64,000 nucleotides of DNA, taken from Opitutales bacterium (GTDB lineage Bacteria; Verrucomicrobiota; Verrucomicrobiia; Opitutales; UBA2987). The position numbers were made by a program, and so were the translations under genes. Every line of letters begins with the position of its first letter. The first letter of the stretch is position 1. The DNA is taken from assembly GCA_965226885.1 (NCBI GenBank), contig CBDDEL010000013.1, forward strand, positions 480,001 through 544,000. The letters run 5' to 3'. Under the pieces are notes generated by a model that made no database searches, was not told where the DNA came from, and worked only from the letters and a program-made list of their open reading frames with translations. Below are positions 19,256 through 29,319 of this stretch, one piece after another.

Positions 19256-20056
19256 TTGAAATATTATCGGCTACAATCTACAAACAAATTGATCGCGGAC
19301 TTAAGAGGTATTCCAATTAAACGATTTTTGCTCCAAAAAAGAGCAACGTTAGGGAGAATATATTTCTCTTTACTGCCGTATATCCACTGGTTAAGGGCTA
19401 GCCATTTGATTCGCCGTATACGAATCAGAAACTATTTAAAAAATCGCTATGAACCGCGTGGTCTTCAGGTGGGAGGAGGCCGCCACAATATCAAACGCTG
19501 GCTAAATGGAGATATAATTGGTGGAAATATATACCTGGATGCGCGACGCCCATTGCCTATTGCGGATGGATCATTCGATTACGTTTTTACCGAACAATTT
19601 TTTGAACACCTGTCACTAAATGACGGCGTATCCTTTTTGCATGAAGCTTACCGCATTTTGAAACCAGGAGGTGTTTTGCGGCAGAGCACTCCTTCCCTCG
19701 CTCCTTTAATCGATATATACCTGGATCGGCATCCGGGAGTGTCCCGCAATCAAGTTTACGATCGACACGTTCGCAATCACCATCCGAATCGCCCGTGCCT
19801 ATCTGCTGCCGATTTTTTTAACGATATGATGCGTTTGTGGGGACATCAATTCATTTATGATGAGGAAACACTTGAATTACTCTATCGCCAAATTGGTTTC
19901 ATAAATTTAAGTTGGAGAAAGTTCGGGGAATCCGATTATAAAAATCTTTGCAATTTGGAGTGGCACGCTGATGTTGAATGGATGAAATCTGCTTTTGTCA
20001 TCATCCTTGAAGCAGAAAAGCCAACTGTTTCAGACAGAGAAAATGAAAATAAATGA
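19256..20056 (+). CDS. Class I SAM-dependent methyltransferase-like protein
   Basis: LQVGGG, DARRPLPIADGSFDYVFTEQFFEHL, EAYRILKPGGVLR; start uncertain (track gives 19205). Confidence 0.85.
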   Translation: MKYYRLQSTNKLIADLRGIPIKRFLLQKRATLGRIYFSLLPYIHWLRASHLIRRIRIRNYLKNRYEPRGLQVGGGRHNIKRWLNGDIIGGNIYLDARRPLPIADGSFDYVFTEQFFEHLSLNDGVSFLHEAYRILKPGGVLRQSTPSLAPLIDIYLDRHPGVSRNQVYDRHVRNHHPNRPCLSAADFFNDMMRLWGHQFIYDEETLELLYRQIGFINLSWRKFGESDYKNLCNLEWHADVEWMKSAFVIILEAEKPTVSDRENENK

Positions 20057-21024
20057 AGCCACTTGTCTCCGTTGTTCTTACTACTTACAATCGCTCAAAT
20101 TTGTTAATGCGAGCCATTGAGAGCGTATTAAACCAGACCTATGAAAATTTTGAATGTATCGTAATCAATGATGCTTCGACCGATGACACCGTGCAAGTCC
20201 TCCGGCAAATATCAGACAAGCGCGTACGGTATTTTTCTCATAAGACAAACCTGCATTTATCGGCGTGCCGCAATACAGGCATAGAGAACGCCACCGGAGA
20301 ATTGATTGCCTTCCTTGATGACGATGATACCTGGCTTCCGAAGAAACTGGATAAGCAGGTTGCACTTATGCAAGGCATGGATCCTGAATTAGGCTTAGTC
20401 TATTGCTGGACGGATGTTTTTCTAAAAGACCGAAAAATCAGGGAAAACCATCCCATTCTCCGTGGACGCATATTTCCCCAAACGCTAGCAGGTCAACCGA
20501 TAGGAAATGGTTCTACTTTACTGATTCCGGCCACGGTTGTGAAAAATTTGGGCGGATTCGACGAATCGCTTCGCAGAGGAATAGATGGGGATTTCATTCG
20601 ACGTGTATGCCATCAATACAAAGTGGATTTCGTGCCTGAGGTACTAGTTTATTATTACGTTGGGCATCCCGATCGAATAACCACCGAAAGCCTATCCGGC
20701 ATACGAGCCGCGAGAAGAGGCGAAGAGGCGAAACTTGTGAAGTTCAAGAAGGAATTAAATGGTCTTCCTCATATTCACGCGGTTATTCTCAAAGAAATTT
20801 CCAGACACTGCCTCCGGTTGGATGATTTCGCGACTGTCGATAGGCACCTGCTACAAGTGGCGAAACTTGAACAAACGAGATTTCTCTGGGCTATTAAAGG
20901 ATTCCTTCTCCTTCCAACACCCGTGCGAATTGGGTTTTATCGGCTTTTCCTTTTGCTTTTAACCATAAGGTCGTGGGCCAGAAAGGTTTCTATTTTCAAT
21001 GTGGGCAAAAAATATTCCCCCTGA
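20053..21024 (+). CDS. Glycosyltransferase family 2
   Basis: VSVVLTTYNR, INDASTD, RNTGI, AFLDDDD, GGFDE; ATGA-type coupling to the methyltransferase. Confidence 0.93.
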   Translation: MKPLVSVVLTTYNRSNLLMRAIESVLNQTYENFECIVINDASTDDTVQVLRQISDKRVRYFSHKTNLHLSACRNTGIENATGELIAFLDDDDTWLPKKLDKQVALMQGMDPELGLVYCWTDVFLKDRKIRENHPILRGRIFPQTLAGQPIGNGSTLLIPATVVKNLGGFDESLRRGIDGDFIRRVCHQYKVDFVPEVLVYYYVGHPDRITTESLSGIRAARRGEEAKLVKFKKELNGLPHIHAVILKEISRHCLRLDDFATVDRHLLQVAKLEQTRFLWAIKGFLLLPTPVRIGFYRLFLLLLTIRSWARKVSIFNVGKKYSP

Positions 21025-21106
21025 TGTCTTGCTATTCAAACCCCCCGTGGGACCAACAGGCGGGATAAATACCACCCGCTCAATAGAAGGTAGACCTGAA
21101 ACCCCT

Positions 21107-21180
21107 GGTAGTGTATAAAAAAAGAATGTTATTTTGTATTTTTAGCTGTACAAATAGCGTTAGGCAGTTTATTCTCTTAG
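21107..21180 (+). mobile_element. IS1 type A left-end remnant
   Basis: GGTAGTGTATAAAAAAAGAATG...GCAGTTTATTCT matches 9421 onward; cut by IS1380 at TTAG. Confidence 0.88.
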
Positions 21181-22654
21181 CCCGGATATTTCGTAAAAAA
21201 AGTATCGTTGATATGCTTAACTGCTGATATACAGCAGGATAGATCAATAATTAAAGCAATATCAGCGATGACAAAAGGTAAACAATTAAAGCTACAGTTG
21301 ACAAGGGTAAAAGGCCGCCGTGTGCGGGTTGATTTCAAGGGCGGAGAGGTTACTTCGGATGCCGGACTGCTTTTGATCCGGGAAGTGGATCGGCAGTTGG
21401 GCTTGACCGAACGAGCGGCCCGACAGTTAGTGGACAAACGGCAGAAGGGCAAAGTACGCCATGAGGTATTGGGGATGCTGCGGCAGCGCGTTTACGGGCT
21501 GGTGGCGGGCTATGAGGATTTGAACGACTTTGATACCCTGCGCCACGATCCATTGTTGCCAACGGTAACGGGGCGCATTGAAACGTTGGCCAGCGCGCCG
21601 ACTTTGTGTCGTTTTGAAAACGGGCAGGATCGGCGGGCGGCCTTTGCGGTAAACGAGCTGTTGGTCGAACAGTTCATGGGCTCCTTTGCCGAGGAACCCG
21701 AAGAGATCATCCTGGACTTTGACGCCACCGACAATCCGGTGCACGGGCTCCAGGAGGGACGTTTTTTCCACGGTTATTATGATCATTACTGTTTTCTGCC
21801 GCTATATGTTTTTTGCGGTGATCAGCTGCTGGTGGCCTACCTGCGGCCGAGCAAGATCGATGCCAGCAAGCATGCCGGGGCCATCCTCAAATTGCTGGTT
21901 AAACGGATTCGCCAAAGCTGGCCCCGTACGCGGATTATTTGGCGCGCCGACAGTGGATTTTGTCGAGACCGGATACTCTCTTGGTGCGACCGCAACGAAG
22001 TTAGTTACATCGTGGGGATGGCTCGCAATGCACGCTTGCAGCAAGACGCCCAGCAGTTGCAAAAGCAGGCCAAAGAATGGTTCGAACTAAGGGGTAAAAA
22101 ACAACGGTTATTCCAGGACTTCGTCTATGCTGCCGATTCGTGGCGATGGCTGCGGTTGGTCATCCATAAAGCCGAACACACCGCACAGGGGTCCAACCCG
22201 CGCTTCGTGGTGACGAACCTGCCGGGCGATCCCCAGGAGCTTTACGACAAGGTATACTGTGGCCGCGGTGAAATGGAGAACCGAATCAAGGAACAGATGC
22301 AATTGTTCAGCGAGCGCACCAGCGCCCATCAATGGTGGGCCAATCAGTGCCGATTGCTCTTGTCGGCGCTGGCCTACACCTTGATGGAAGCCATGCGCCG
22401 GTTAGCCTTAAAAGGGACGAAGTGGGCGCGGGCCCAATGCCACACCCTGCGGCTCAAATTAATCAAGATCGGAGCGGTCATCGTGCGCAACACCCGAACG
22501 ATTCACTTTCACCTAAGTGAGAGTTATCCTTGGGCCAGTCTTTTCAACCATGCGGCCCGCCGATTGGTGCCAACCTAAAGGGTGCATTGGTGCTGCCCCC
22601 GGCACTACCGAACCAATGGGGGAAAGGGGGCAGTGTCTCTACACCCTGAAAAAC
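21181..22654 (+). mobile_element. IS1380 copy 3, right end removed by IS3
   Basis: IRL at 21181; 3' non-coding part stops at CCCTGAAAAAC where IS3 begins. Confidence 0.93.
21268..22578 (+). CDS. IS1380-family transposase
   Basis: Full length; Q>P and W>C versus other copies. Confidence 0.93.
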   Translation: MTKGKQLKLQLTRVKGRRVRVDFKGGEVTSDAGLLLIREVDRQLGLTERAARQLVDKRQKGKVRHEVLGMLRQRVYGLVAGYEDLNDFDTLRHDPLLPTVTGRIETLASAPTLCRFENGQDRRAAFAVNELLVEQFMGSFAEEPEEIILDFDATDNPVHGLQEGRFFHGYYDHYCFLPLYVFCGDQLLVAYLRPSKIDASKHAGAILKLLVKRIRQSWPRTRIIWRADSGFCRDRILSWCDRNEVSYIVGMARNARLQQDAQQLQKQAKEWFELRGKKQRLFQDFVYAADSWRWLRLVIHKAEHTAQGSNPRFVVTNLPGDPQELYDKVYCGRGEMENRIKEQMQLFSERTSAHQWWANQCRLLLSALAYTLMEAMRRLALKGTKWARAQCHTLRLKLIKIGAVIVRNTRTIHFHLSESYPWASLFNHAARRLVPT

Positions 22655-22693
22655 TGATGTGCACTGGAAAAAGTGGACACGAGATTCTCCTAA

Positions 22694-23002
22694 ATGGAGA
22701 ATCGAAGCATGGGAAGAAGACGCAGTATAGAGTTCAAAAATGAGGCAGTTCAACTGATGATACTCGATGGTCTGAGCGCCACCGAGGTATCGACCAAACT
22801 TGGGGTCAACACCAACCAATTGTATAGGTGGAAGAGGCTCTATCTGGACGATCAGCAGGGCGAAGCCACCTCAAAGCGACAGAGCAGTCCGAAGGAGATG
22901 GCGGCCGAGATAGATCGTCTTCGCAAAGAGCTGCGCCGCTCGGAGCGGATCAACCAGATACTAAAAAAAACGGTGGGCTACTTTGCCAAGGACGAACAAT
23001 GA
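22694..23002 (+). CDS. IS3 transposase OrfA
   Basis: Copy of 1460-1771. Confidence 0.92.
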   Translation: MENRSMGRRRSIEFKNEAVQLMILDGLSATEVSTKLGVNTNQLYRWKRLYLDDQQGEATSKRQSSPKEMAAEIDRLRKELRRSERINQILKKTVGYFAKDEQ

Positions 23003-23916
23003 AGTACCAGTTTGTCAAAGACAACGAGGGGCGCTTCAAGATCGAGGAAATATGCTCGGCGATGGGGATTTGTCGCAGTGGCTATTACTGCTGGAGGCCC
23101 CGAGCGCCCTCGGCCCGGCGGATCGAGGACGAGGGAATCAAGGGGGCGATCCTGAAGGTACACAAAGAGGCCAAGGGCCGCTATGGGCATCGGCCAATGC
23201 ACCGCCATCTGAAGGATGATGAGGGCATCGATTGCGGCCGTGACCGGGCTCTGCGTCTGATGCGTGAAATGGGAATCAAAAGCACCCAGAGTAAACGCTT
23301 TAAGCCATTAAAAACCAACAGTAACCATCCCTATGGTTACAGCCCCAATGTGCTTAAAAAGCATGGCCAGCCGACCCATATCGACGAGGTCTGGGTGGCG
23401 GACACGACCTACCTACGGACCCTGGCCGGTTGGATGTACTTGGCCACGGTGATGGACCTGTTCAGCCGACGCCTGCTGGGCTGGAGCGTTTCCAACCACA
23501 ACGACGCGAAGCTGGTTGGCAAGGCCCTCAAAGCCGCGGCCATGACCCGCGGCACACTGCGCACCGGGATTATTCATCACAGCGATCGGGGCAGCCCCTA
23601 CGCCAGCGACGACTATCAGAGGCTGGTCTCTGAACTAGGCATGAAGCCGAGCATGAGCGGCCAAGGCAACTGCTACGACAACGCGGCCATGGAATCGTTC
23701 TACGGCCGCTTCAAGACCAGCACGATTCGAGGCCGCCACTTTGCCGACGAGCGCGAACTGCGATCAACTGTCTTCGAATACGTGGAAATCTTCTACAACC
23801 GATATCGCAAACATTCCTCTCTGAGTTACCAAAGCCCAGTCCAATTCGAGGAAAATATTTGCCCCCCATGGGGGGCAACGAGAAAACAAAACCCTTTACC
23901 AAAACAAGCCGCCTGA
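22999..23916 (+). CDS. IS3 transposase OrfB
   Basis: Copy of 1768-2685. Confidence 0.93.
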   Translation: MKYQFVKDNEGRFKIEEICSAMGICRSGYYCWRPRAPSARRIEDEGIKGAILKVHKEAKGRYGHRPMHRHLKDDEGIDCGRDRALRLMREMGIKSTQSKRFKPLKTNSNHPYGYSPNVLKKHGQPTHIDEVWVADTTYLRTLAGWMYLATVMDLFSRRLLGWSVSNHNDAKLVGKALKAAAMTRGTLRTGIIHHSDRGSPYASDDYQRLVSELGMKPSMSGQGNCYDNAAMESFYGRFKTSTIRGRHFADERELRSTVFEYVEIFYNRYRKHSSLSYQSPVQFEENICPPWGATRKQNPLPKQAA

Positions 23917-23979
23917 CACACTAATCAATAAACAATGAATATAAGAGAATCCCGTGTCCAACAAATCCAGTACACGTCA

Positions 23980-24097
23980 CCCCCCATGGGGGGCAACGAG
24001 AAAACAAAACCCTTTACCAAAACAAGCCGCCTGACACACTAATCAATAAACAATGAATATAAGAGAATCCCGTGTCCAACAAATCCAGTACACGTCA
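23980..24097 (+). repeat. Second copy of the IS3 type A right end (118 bp)
   Basis: CCCCCCATGGGGGG...TACACGTCA repeats 23862-23979. Confidence 0.92.
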
Positions 24098-25432
24098 TAG
24101 GTGAAAGTGAATCGTTCGGGTGTTGCGCACGATGACCGCTCCGATCTTGATTAATTTGAGCCGCAGGGTGTGGCATTGGGCCCGCGCCCACTTCGTCCCT
24201 TTTAAGGCTAACCGGCGCATGGCTTCCATCAAGGTGTAGGCCAGCGCCGACAAGAGCAATCGCCACTGATTGGCCCACCATTGATGGGCGCTGGTGCGCT
24301 CGCTGAACAATTGCATCTGTTCCTTGATTCGGTTCTCCATTTCACCGCGGCCACAGTATACCTTGTCGTAAAGCTCCTGGGGATCGCCCGGCAGGTTCGT
24401 CACCACGAAGCGCGGGTTGGACCCCTGTGCGGTGTGTTCGGCTTTATGGATGACCAACCGCAGCCATCGCCACGAATCGGCAGCATAGACGAAGTCCTGG
24501 AATAACCGTTGTTTTTTACCCCTTAGTTCGAACCATTCTTTGGCCTGCTTTTGCAACTGCTGGGCGTCTTGCTGCAAGCGTGCATTGCGAGCCATCCCCA
24601 CGATGTAACTAACTTCGTTGCGGTCGCACCAAGAGAGTATCCGGTCTCGACAAAATCCACTGTCGGCGCGCCAAATAATCCGCGTACGGGGCCAGCTTTG
24701 GCGAATCCGTTTAACCAGCAATTTGAGGATGGCCCCGGCATGCTTGCTGGCATCGATCTTGCTCGGCCGCAGGTAGGCCACCAGCAGCTGATCACCGCAA
24801 AAAACATATAGCGGCAGAAAACAGTAATGATCATAATAACCGTGGAAAAAACGTCCCTCCTGGAGCCCGTGCACCGGATTGTCGGTGGCGTCAAAGTCCA
24901 GGATGATCTCTTCGGGTTCCTCGGCAAAGGAGCCCATGAACTGTTCGACCAACAGCTCGTTTACCGCAAAGGCCGCCCGCCGATCCTGCCCGTTTTCAAA
25001 ACGACACAAAGTCGGCGCGCTGGCCAACGTTTCAATGCGCCCCGTTACCGTTTGCAACAATGGATCGTGGCGCAGGGTATCAAAGTCGTTCAAATCCTCA
25101 TAGCCCGCCACCAGCCCGTAAACGCGCTGCCGCAGCATCCCCAATACCTCATGGCGTACTTTGCCCTTCTGCCGTTTGTCCACTAACTGTCGGGCCGCTC
25201 GTTCGGTCAAGCCCAACTGCCGATCCACTTCCCGGATCAAAAGCAGTCCGGCATCCGAAGTAACCTCTCCGCCCTTGAAATCAACCCGCACACGGCGGCC
25301 TTTTACCCTTGTCAACTGTAGCTTTAATTGTTTACCTTTTGTCATCGCTGATATTGCTTTAATTATTGATCTATCCTGCTGTATATCAGCAGTTAAGCAT
25401 ATCAACGATACTTTTTTTACGAAATATCCGGG
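24098..25432 (-). mobile_element. IS1380 copy 4, 3'-truncated (transposase 25345 to 24095 lacks last ~20 aa)
   Basis: IRL ends 25432; ORF ends RTIHFHL at the IS3 end. Confidence 0.92.
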
Positions 25433-25533
25433 TTAGGGGTTAGGGGTTATATTGATATTTTTTTTGAGAATAGTATTGTATATTCGTTAAATACGATTGA
25501 GTAAGTGGATTTTAATTAGATAAAGAAAAAATT

Positions 25534-27132
25534 ATGGAATACAAAAAGACATTCAACGACCTTGGACTTTCAGAGAAAGCCTTGGCCGCAATTAATAAAA
25601 AGGGGTTTGAAGAGCCAACCGCAATTCAAGCTAAGACTATCCCTGTAATGCTAAGAGATGATACTAATATCATCGCTCAGGCGCAAACAGGTACCGGCAA
25701 GACCGCTGCATTTGGATTACCTCTGATAGATATGATTAATGCAGATTCCAAAGCAGTTCAGGCACTTATTCTGGTTCCGACACGAGAGCTGGCCATTCAG
25801 GTTTCAGAAGAAATCAATTCACTCAAAGGAGAGAAGAATATCAAAATAGTGCCAATATATGGCGGACAATCTATAGATCAACAGTTACGCAGGCTGAAAA
25901 AGGGTGTACATATTGTAGTTGGGACTCCTGGCAGGGTTATAGATCATCTTAACAGAAAAACACTCATGCTTGGGAAAATTGAGCATCTGATACTCGATGA
26001 AGCCGATGAAATGCTGAATATGGGTTTCATCGAAGATATGGAAGAAATAATGCAGCATACAAATCCTGGAAAAAGAACCCTATTGTTTTCTGCAACAATA
26101 CCAGGAAGGATTAAAACCCTCGCACGCAAATACATGGATGGATATGAGCTTCTCACAGTTGAGAAAGAGCAATTGACGTCGAATCTAACGGAGCAAATAT
26201 ACTTTGAGGTAAAAGCTTCTGACAAATTTGAGTCGCTATGTAGAATAATCGACATTGAAAGTAACTTTTATGCCCTGATTTTCTGCAGAACAAAAAATGA
26301 TGTTGATTCTTTAGCCTCTCATTTAATGGATAGAGGCTATGACGCCGAGGCTATTCATGGAGATTTATCGCAGGCGCAAAGAGAACGGACTCTGGGAAAA
26401 TTCAGGAAACAGACTATCAATATTCTAGTAGCAACAGATGTTGCCGCACGGGGCATTGATGTTATTAACCTCACCCACGTAATCAATTATTCACTCCCAC
26501 AAAATCCGGATTCGTATGTTCATCGCATTGGTCGTACGGGACGGGCCGGGAATGAGGGCACCGCTATTACGTTTATTACTCCTAATGAGTATAGGAAACT
26601 GATGTTCATTCAGAAAGTCGCCAAAACTGATATCAGGAAATCAAAAATACCAGAAGTAAAAGATATAATTAAAGCCAAAAAGAAAAAGATATACGATGAT
26701 TTGACTGCTATTCTTGAAGATAGAGTTGATACTAACTATTATACCTGGGCCAAGAATTTACTTGAGGATAGAAAACCGACAGAAATATTAGCTGCTATAC
26801 TGAATTATTGTTTTGAAGAAGAGTTAAATCCTGATAGCTACGGTGAAATAAAAGAAGCGGGTGGAAAAGGAAGGCAACTCGATAAACAGGGTAAGGCGAG
26901 GCTTTTTGTCGCACTTGGGAGGAAAGACAAGATTGGTGCCAGAAAACTTGTTCAACTTATTATGAGCAGAGTCTCGATTAAATCCAATCATATCAGTGAT
27001 ATACAGATAATGGATAAATTTTCTTTTATGACCGTTCCTTTTAATTATGCAGAGGAAATTGTTGTTAGTTTTAAAGAAAAGGGTCAAAAACAGCTGATCA
27101 CACTTGCCAGGAAAAATGGAAAGAGCAAATAA
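25534..27132 (+). CDS. DEAD-box RNA helicase (DeaD/CshA-like, DbpA-type C-terminal RNA-binding domain)
   Basis: Q motif, AQTGTGKT, PTRELA, TPGR, DEAD, SAT, ARGID, HRIGRTGRAG. Confidence 0.96.
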   Translation: MEYKKTFNDLGLSEKALAAINKKGFEEPTAIQAKTIPVMLRDDTNIIAQAQTGTGKTAAFGLPLIDMINADSKAVQALILVPTRELAIQVSEEINSLKGEKNIKIVPIYGGQSIDQQLRRLKKGVHIVVGTPGRVIDHLNRKTLMLGKIEHLILDEADEMLNMGFIEDMEEIMQHTNPGKRTLLFSATIPGRIKTLARKYMDGYELLTVEKEQLTSNLTEQIYFEVKASDKFESLCRIIDIESNFYALIFCRTKNDVDSLASHLMDRGYDAEAIHGDLSQAQRERTLGKFRKQTINILVATDVAARGIDVINLTHVINYSLPQNPDSYVHRIGRTGRAGNEGTAITFITPNEYRKLMFIQKVAKTDIRKSKIPEVKDIIKAKKKKIYDDLTAILEDRVDTNYYTWAKNLLEDRKPTEILAAILNYCFEEELNPDSYGEIKEAGGKGRQLDKQGKARLFVALGRKDKIGARKLVQLIMSRVSIKSNHISDIQIMDKFSFMTVPFNYAEEIVVSFKEKGQKQLITLARKNGKSK

Positions 27133-27249
27133 TCGGGTCCCCTGGACTGCATGAAGAAGCCAATTCCGGGTCTCTACCGGGCGGTTTAAAAGTGTTTCAT
27201 TTTTGGCGTTTACCTTTCCATTATTTTCCTTAGTTTGAGCGGTTTTTGT

Positions 27250-29199
27250 ATGCTTACGATTACGGCAGTTTGCAAGGCTTTTGGGGAGCGGGTCTTGTTC
27301 GATGAGGTGAAACTTCAGGTGAATCGGCAGGATCGGCTTGGTCTTGTCGGTCCTAATGGGGTAGGCAAGTCTACGCTTTTTTCCATGATTCTGGGGGAGG
27401 ATTCACCCGATGCGGGGAATGTGCTTCTGGAACGTAATGTTTCGCTCGGGTTTCTACCGCAGGAAACCGCACCAGTGGGGGAGGAAACGGTCCTCGAGTT
27501 GGCCACGGCGGTATCTCCTGAAATTGTGGAACTTCAGAAGCAGTTGAAAGCAGAGGAGGAGGACCACGATCACGAAATCGATCTCCATGACGACGCGCAT
27601 GCGCGGTTTGAGGAACTGGGCGGATATTTGCTGGAGCCGAAGGCGAAAAGGATTTTAGGAGGACTTGGTTTTCAGGTGGAGGATTTTGACCGCTCGGCCA
27701 AGGAAATGAGTGGCGGTTGGGTAATGAGGGCGTATCTGGCCCGATTACTCGTGCAGGAGCCCGATTTATTGATGCTGGACGAGCCCACCAACCACCTCGA
27801 CCTGGAAGCGTTGATCTGGTTTCAGAATTACCTCAAAAACTATTCCGGAGCGATTCTGGTAATTTCCCATGATCGTGAATTTCTCAATTTTCTGGTCAGT
27901 GGAATTGTGGAGATTCGGCAGAGCCGTTTGATTCGCTACCGGGGTAATTACGAGGATTTTCTTTTGCAGCGGGAGGCGAATGAGGCGCAATTGCTGGCGG
28001 CTTACAAAAATCAGCAACGCGAGATTGCGCAGTTGATGTCGTTTGTGACCCGTTTTCGAGCCAAGGCCACCAAGGCAACCCAGGCTCAGAGCAAGTTGAA
28101 ACAGATTGCGCGGATGGAAAAGATCGAAGCGCCCGCAGCCGACCAGCGCCGGATCAAGTTTCATTTTCCACAACCACAGCGAAGCGGCTTGAAGGTGGTC
28201 ACATTGAAGGACATCCATCAGGCTTACGGGACGAATGTGGTTTATCGGGGTATGAATTTCAAAGCCGAGCGGGGCCAGCGGATCGTTTTGGTAGGCCCAA
28301 ATGGCGCAGGAAAGTCCACTTTGATTAAAATACTGGCCGGGGTTCTGGAATTTCAAAGTGGGAGCCGCGAGTTGGGGCACAACGTCAAGGCCGGTTATTA
28401 TTCGCAGTATCGCATCGATATGCTGCAAACGAATCGGACGGTGCTGGAGGAGGCGCTGGACACCGAGCAGCGCATCACGGAACAGTTTGCCCGCAGTGTG
28501 CTGGGTTCATTTTTATTTCGAGGGGATGACGCGTTCAAAAAAGTCGGCGTCTTAAGCGGTGGTGAAAAGAGCCGTTTGGCACTGATTAAACTGCTGCTCG
28601 ATCCGCCCAATTTCCTGCTCATGGATGAGCCTACTACACACTTGGACATTCCGAGCATCGACGCCTTGCTGACGGCTCTTACCCAATACCAGGGCACGAT
28701 CATCTTTATCAGTCATGATGTGTATTTCATCCGTGCAGTGGCTGACCATGTTATCCATGTCAATGATGGCGCACTGACTCATTATGCGGGGGATTACCAG
28801 TATTACCTCGAGAAGACCGCAGCCTCATCGGAACGGGAAGCGTTGACCGCCGGTGAAAAGCGTGGGGGGGCTGGTTCAAGCAAATTTACCAAAAAGTCCA
28901 AGACTCAAAATAAAGAGCGCAAACGTATTGAAGCCGAATTGCGCCAGGCGCGCTCGCGCAAGCGAAAAAAGCATCGACATACCATCCAGCGATTGGAGAA
29001 AGATATTGAGGAGTGGGAAACGCGTCAGACTAAATTGACCACAGAACTGGAAAATCCCAAAACCTATGATGAACCGGGACGCGCCCAGGGAATCAACCGG
29101 GAATTAAGCGGTGTGGTTGGGAATCTGCAAAGCCTGACAAGTGAATGGGAGGCTGCGGTGGCAAAATTATCCGAAATTGACAGCGTTGTAGAAGCATGA
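27250..29199 (+). CDS. ABC-F family ATPase (YheS/Uup-like)
   Basis: Two Walker A motifs (GPNGVGKST, GPNGAGKST), MSGGW/LSGGE, DEPTNHLD, no TM, C-terminal coiled coil. Confidence 0.94.
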   Translation: MLTITAVCKAFGERVLFDEVKLQVNRQDRLGLVGPNGVGKSTLFSMILGEDSPDAGNVLLERNVSLGFLPQETAPVGEETVLELATAVSPEIVELQKQLKAEEEDHDHEIDLHDDAHARFEELGGYLLEPKAKRILGGLGFQVEDFDRSAKEMSGGWVMRAYLARLLVQEPDLLMLDEPTNHLDLEALIWFQNYLKNYSGAILVISHDREFLNFLVSGIVEIRQSRLIRYRGNYEDFLLQREANEAQLLAAYKNQQREIAQLMSFVTRFRAKATKATQAQSKLKQIARMEKIEAPAADQRRIKFHFPQPQRSGLKVVTLKDIHQAYGTNVVYRGMNFKAERGQRIVLVGPNGAGKSTLIKILAGVLEFQSGSRELGHNVKAGYYSQYRIDMLQTNRTVLEEALDTEQRITEQFARSVLGSFLFRGDDAFKKVGVLSGGEKSRLALIKLLLDPPNFLLMDEPTTHLDIPSIDALLTALTQYQGTIIFISHDVYFIRAVADHVIHVNDGALTHYAGDYQYYLEKTAASSEREALTAGEKRGGAGSSKFTKKSKTQNKERKRIEAELRQARSRKRKKHRHTIQRLEKDIEEWETRQTKLTTELENPKTYDEPGRAQGINRELSGVVGNLQSLTSEWEAAVAKLSEIDSVVEA

Positions 29200-29319
29200 A
29201 AAAAGGTTGTCCACCAATGAATTACGAAAACTCTTGAGATAATGGGTCCTAAGGATAAAATACATTCTTTTCGCAACGTAATCGCCGTATGCATGCATTT
29301 CGGCATAGGATGAATTTAT

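Larger units (their letters stand above)
22655..23979 (+). mobile_element. IS3 type A, copy 2 (1325 bp)
   Basis: Near-identical to 1421-2748 with a 3-bp deletion in orfA; no matching TSD. Confidence 0.95.

Noticed and set aside
20713..20728. GAAGAGGC x2 in the GT2 gene as a frameshifting duplication
   Set aside because: The current frame gives a normal-length GT2 C-terminus; removing a copy would truncate it
21177..25436. Composite transposon bounded by inverted IS1380 with TTAG on both sides
   Set aside because: The left flank is an IS1 stub whose continuation (TGCATGG) is not on the right; TTAG is simply the preferred target
25431..25449. GGTTAGG repeats resembling telomeric sequence
   Set aside because: Only ~2.5 units at an IS flank; best explained as a 7-bp micro-duplication
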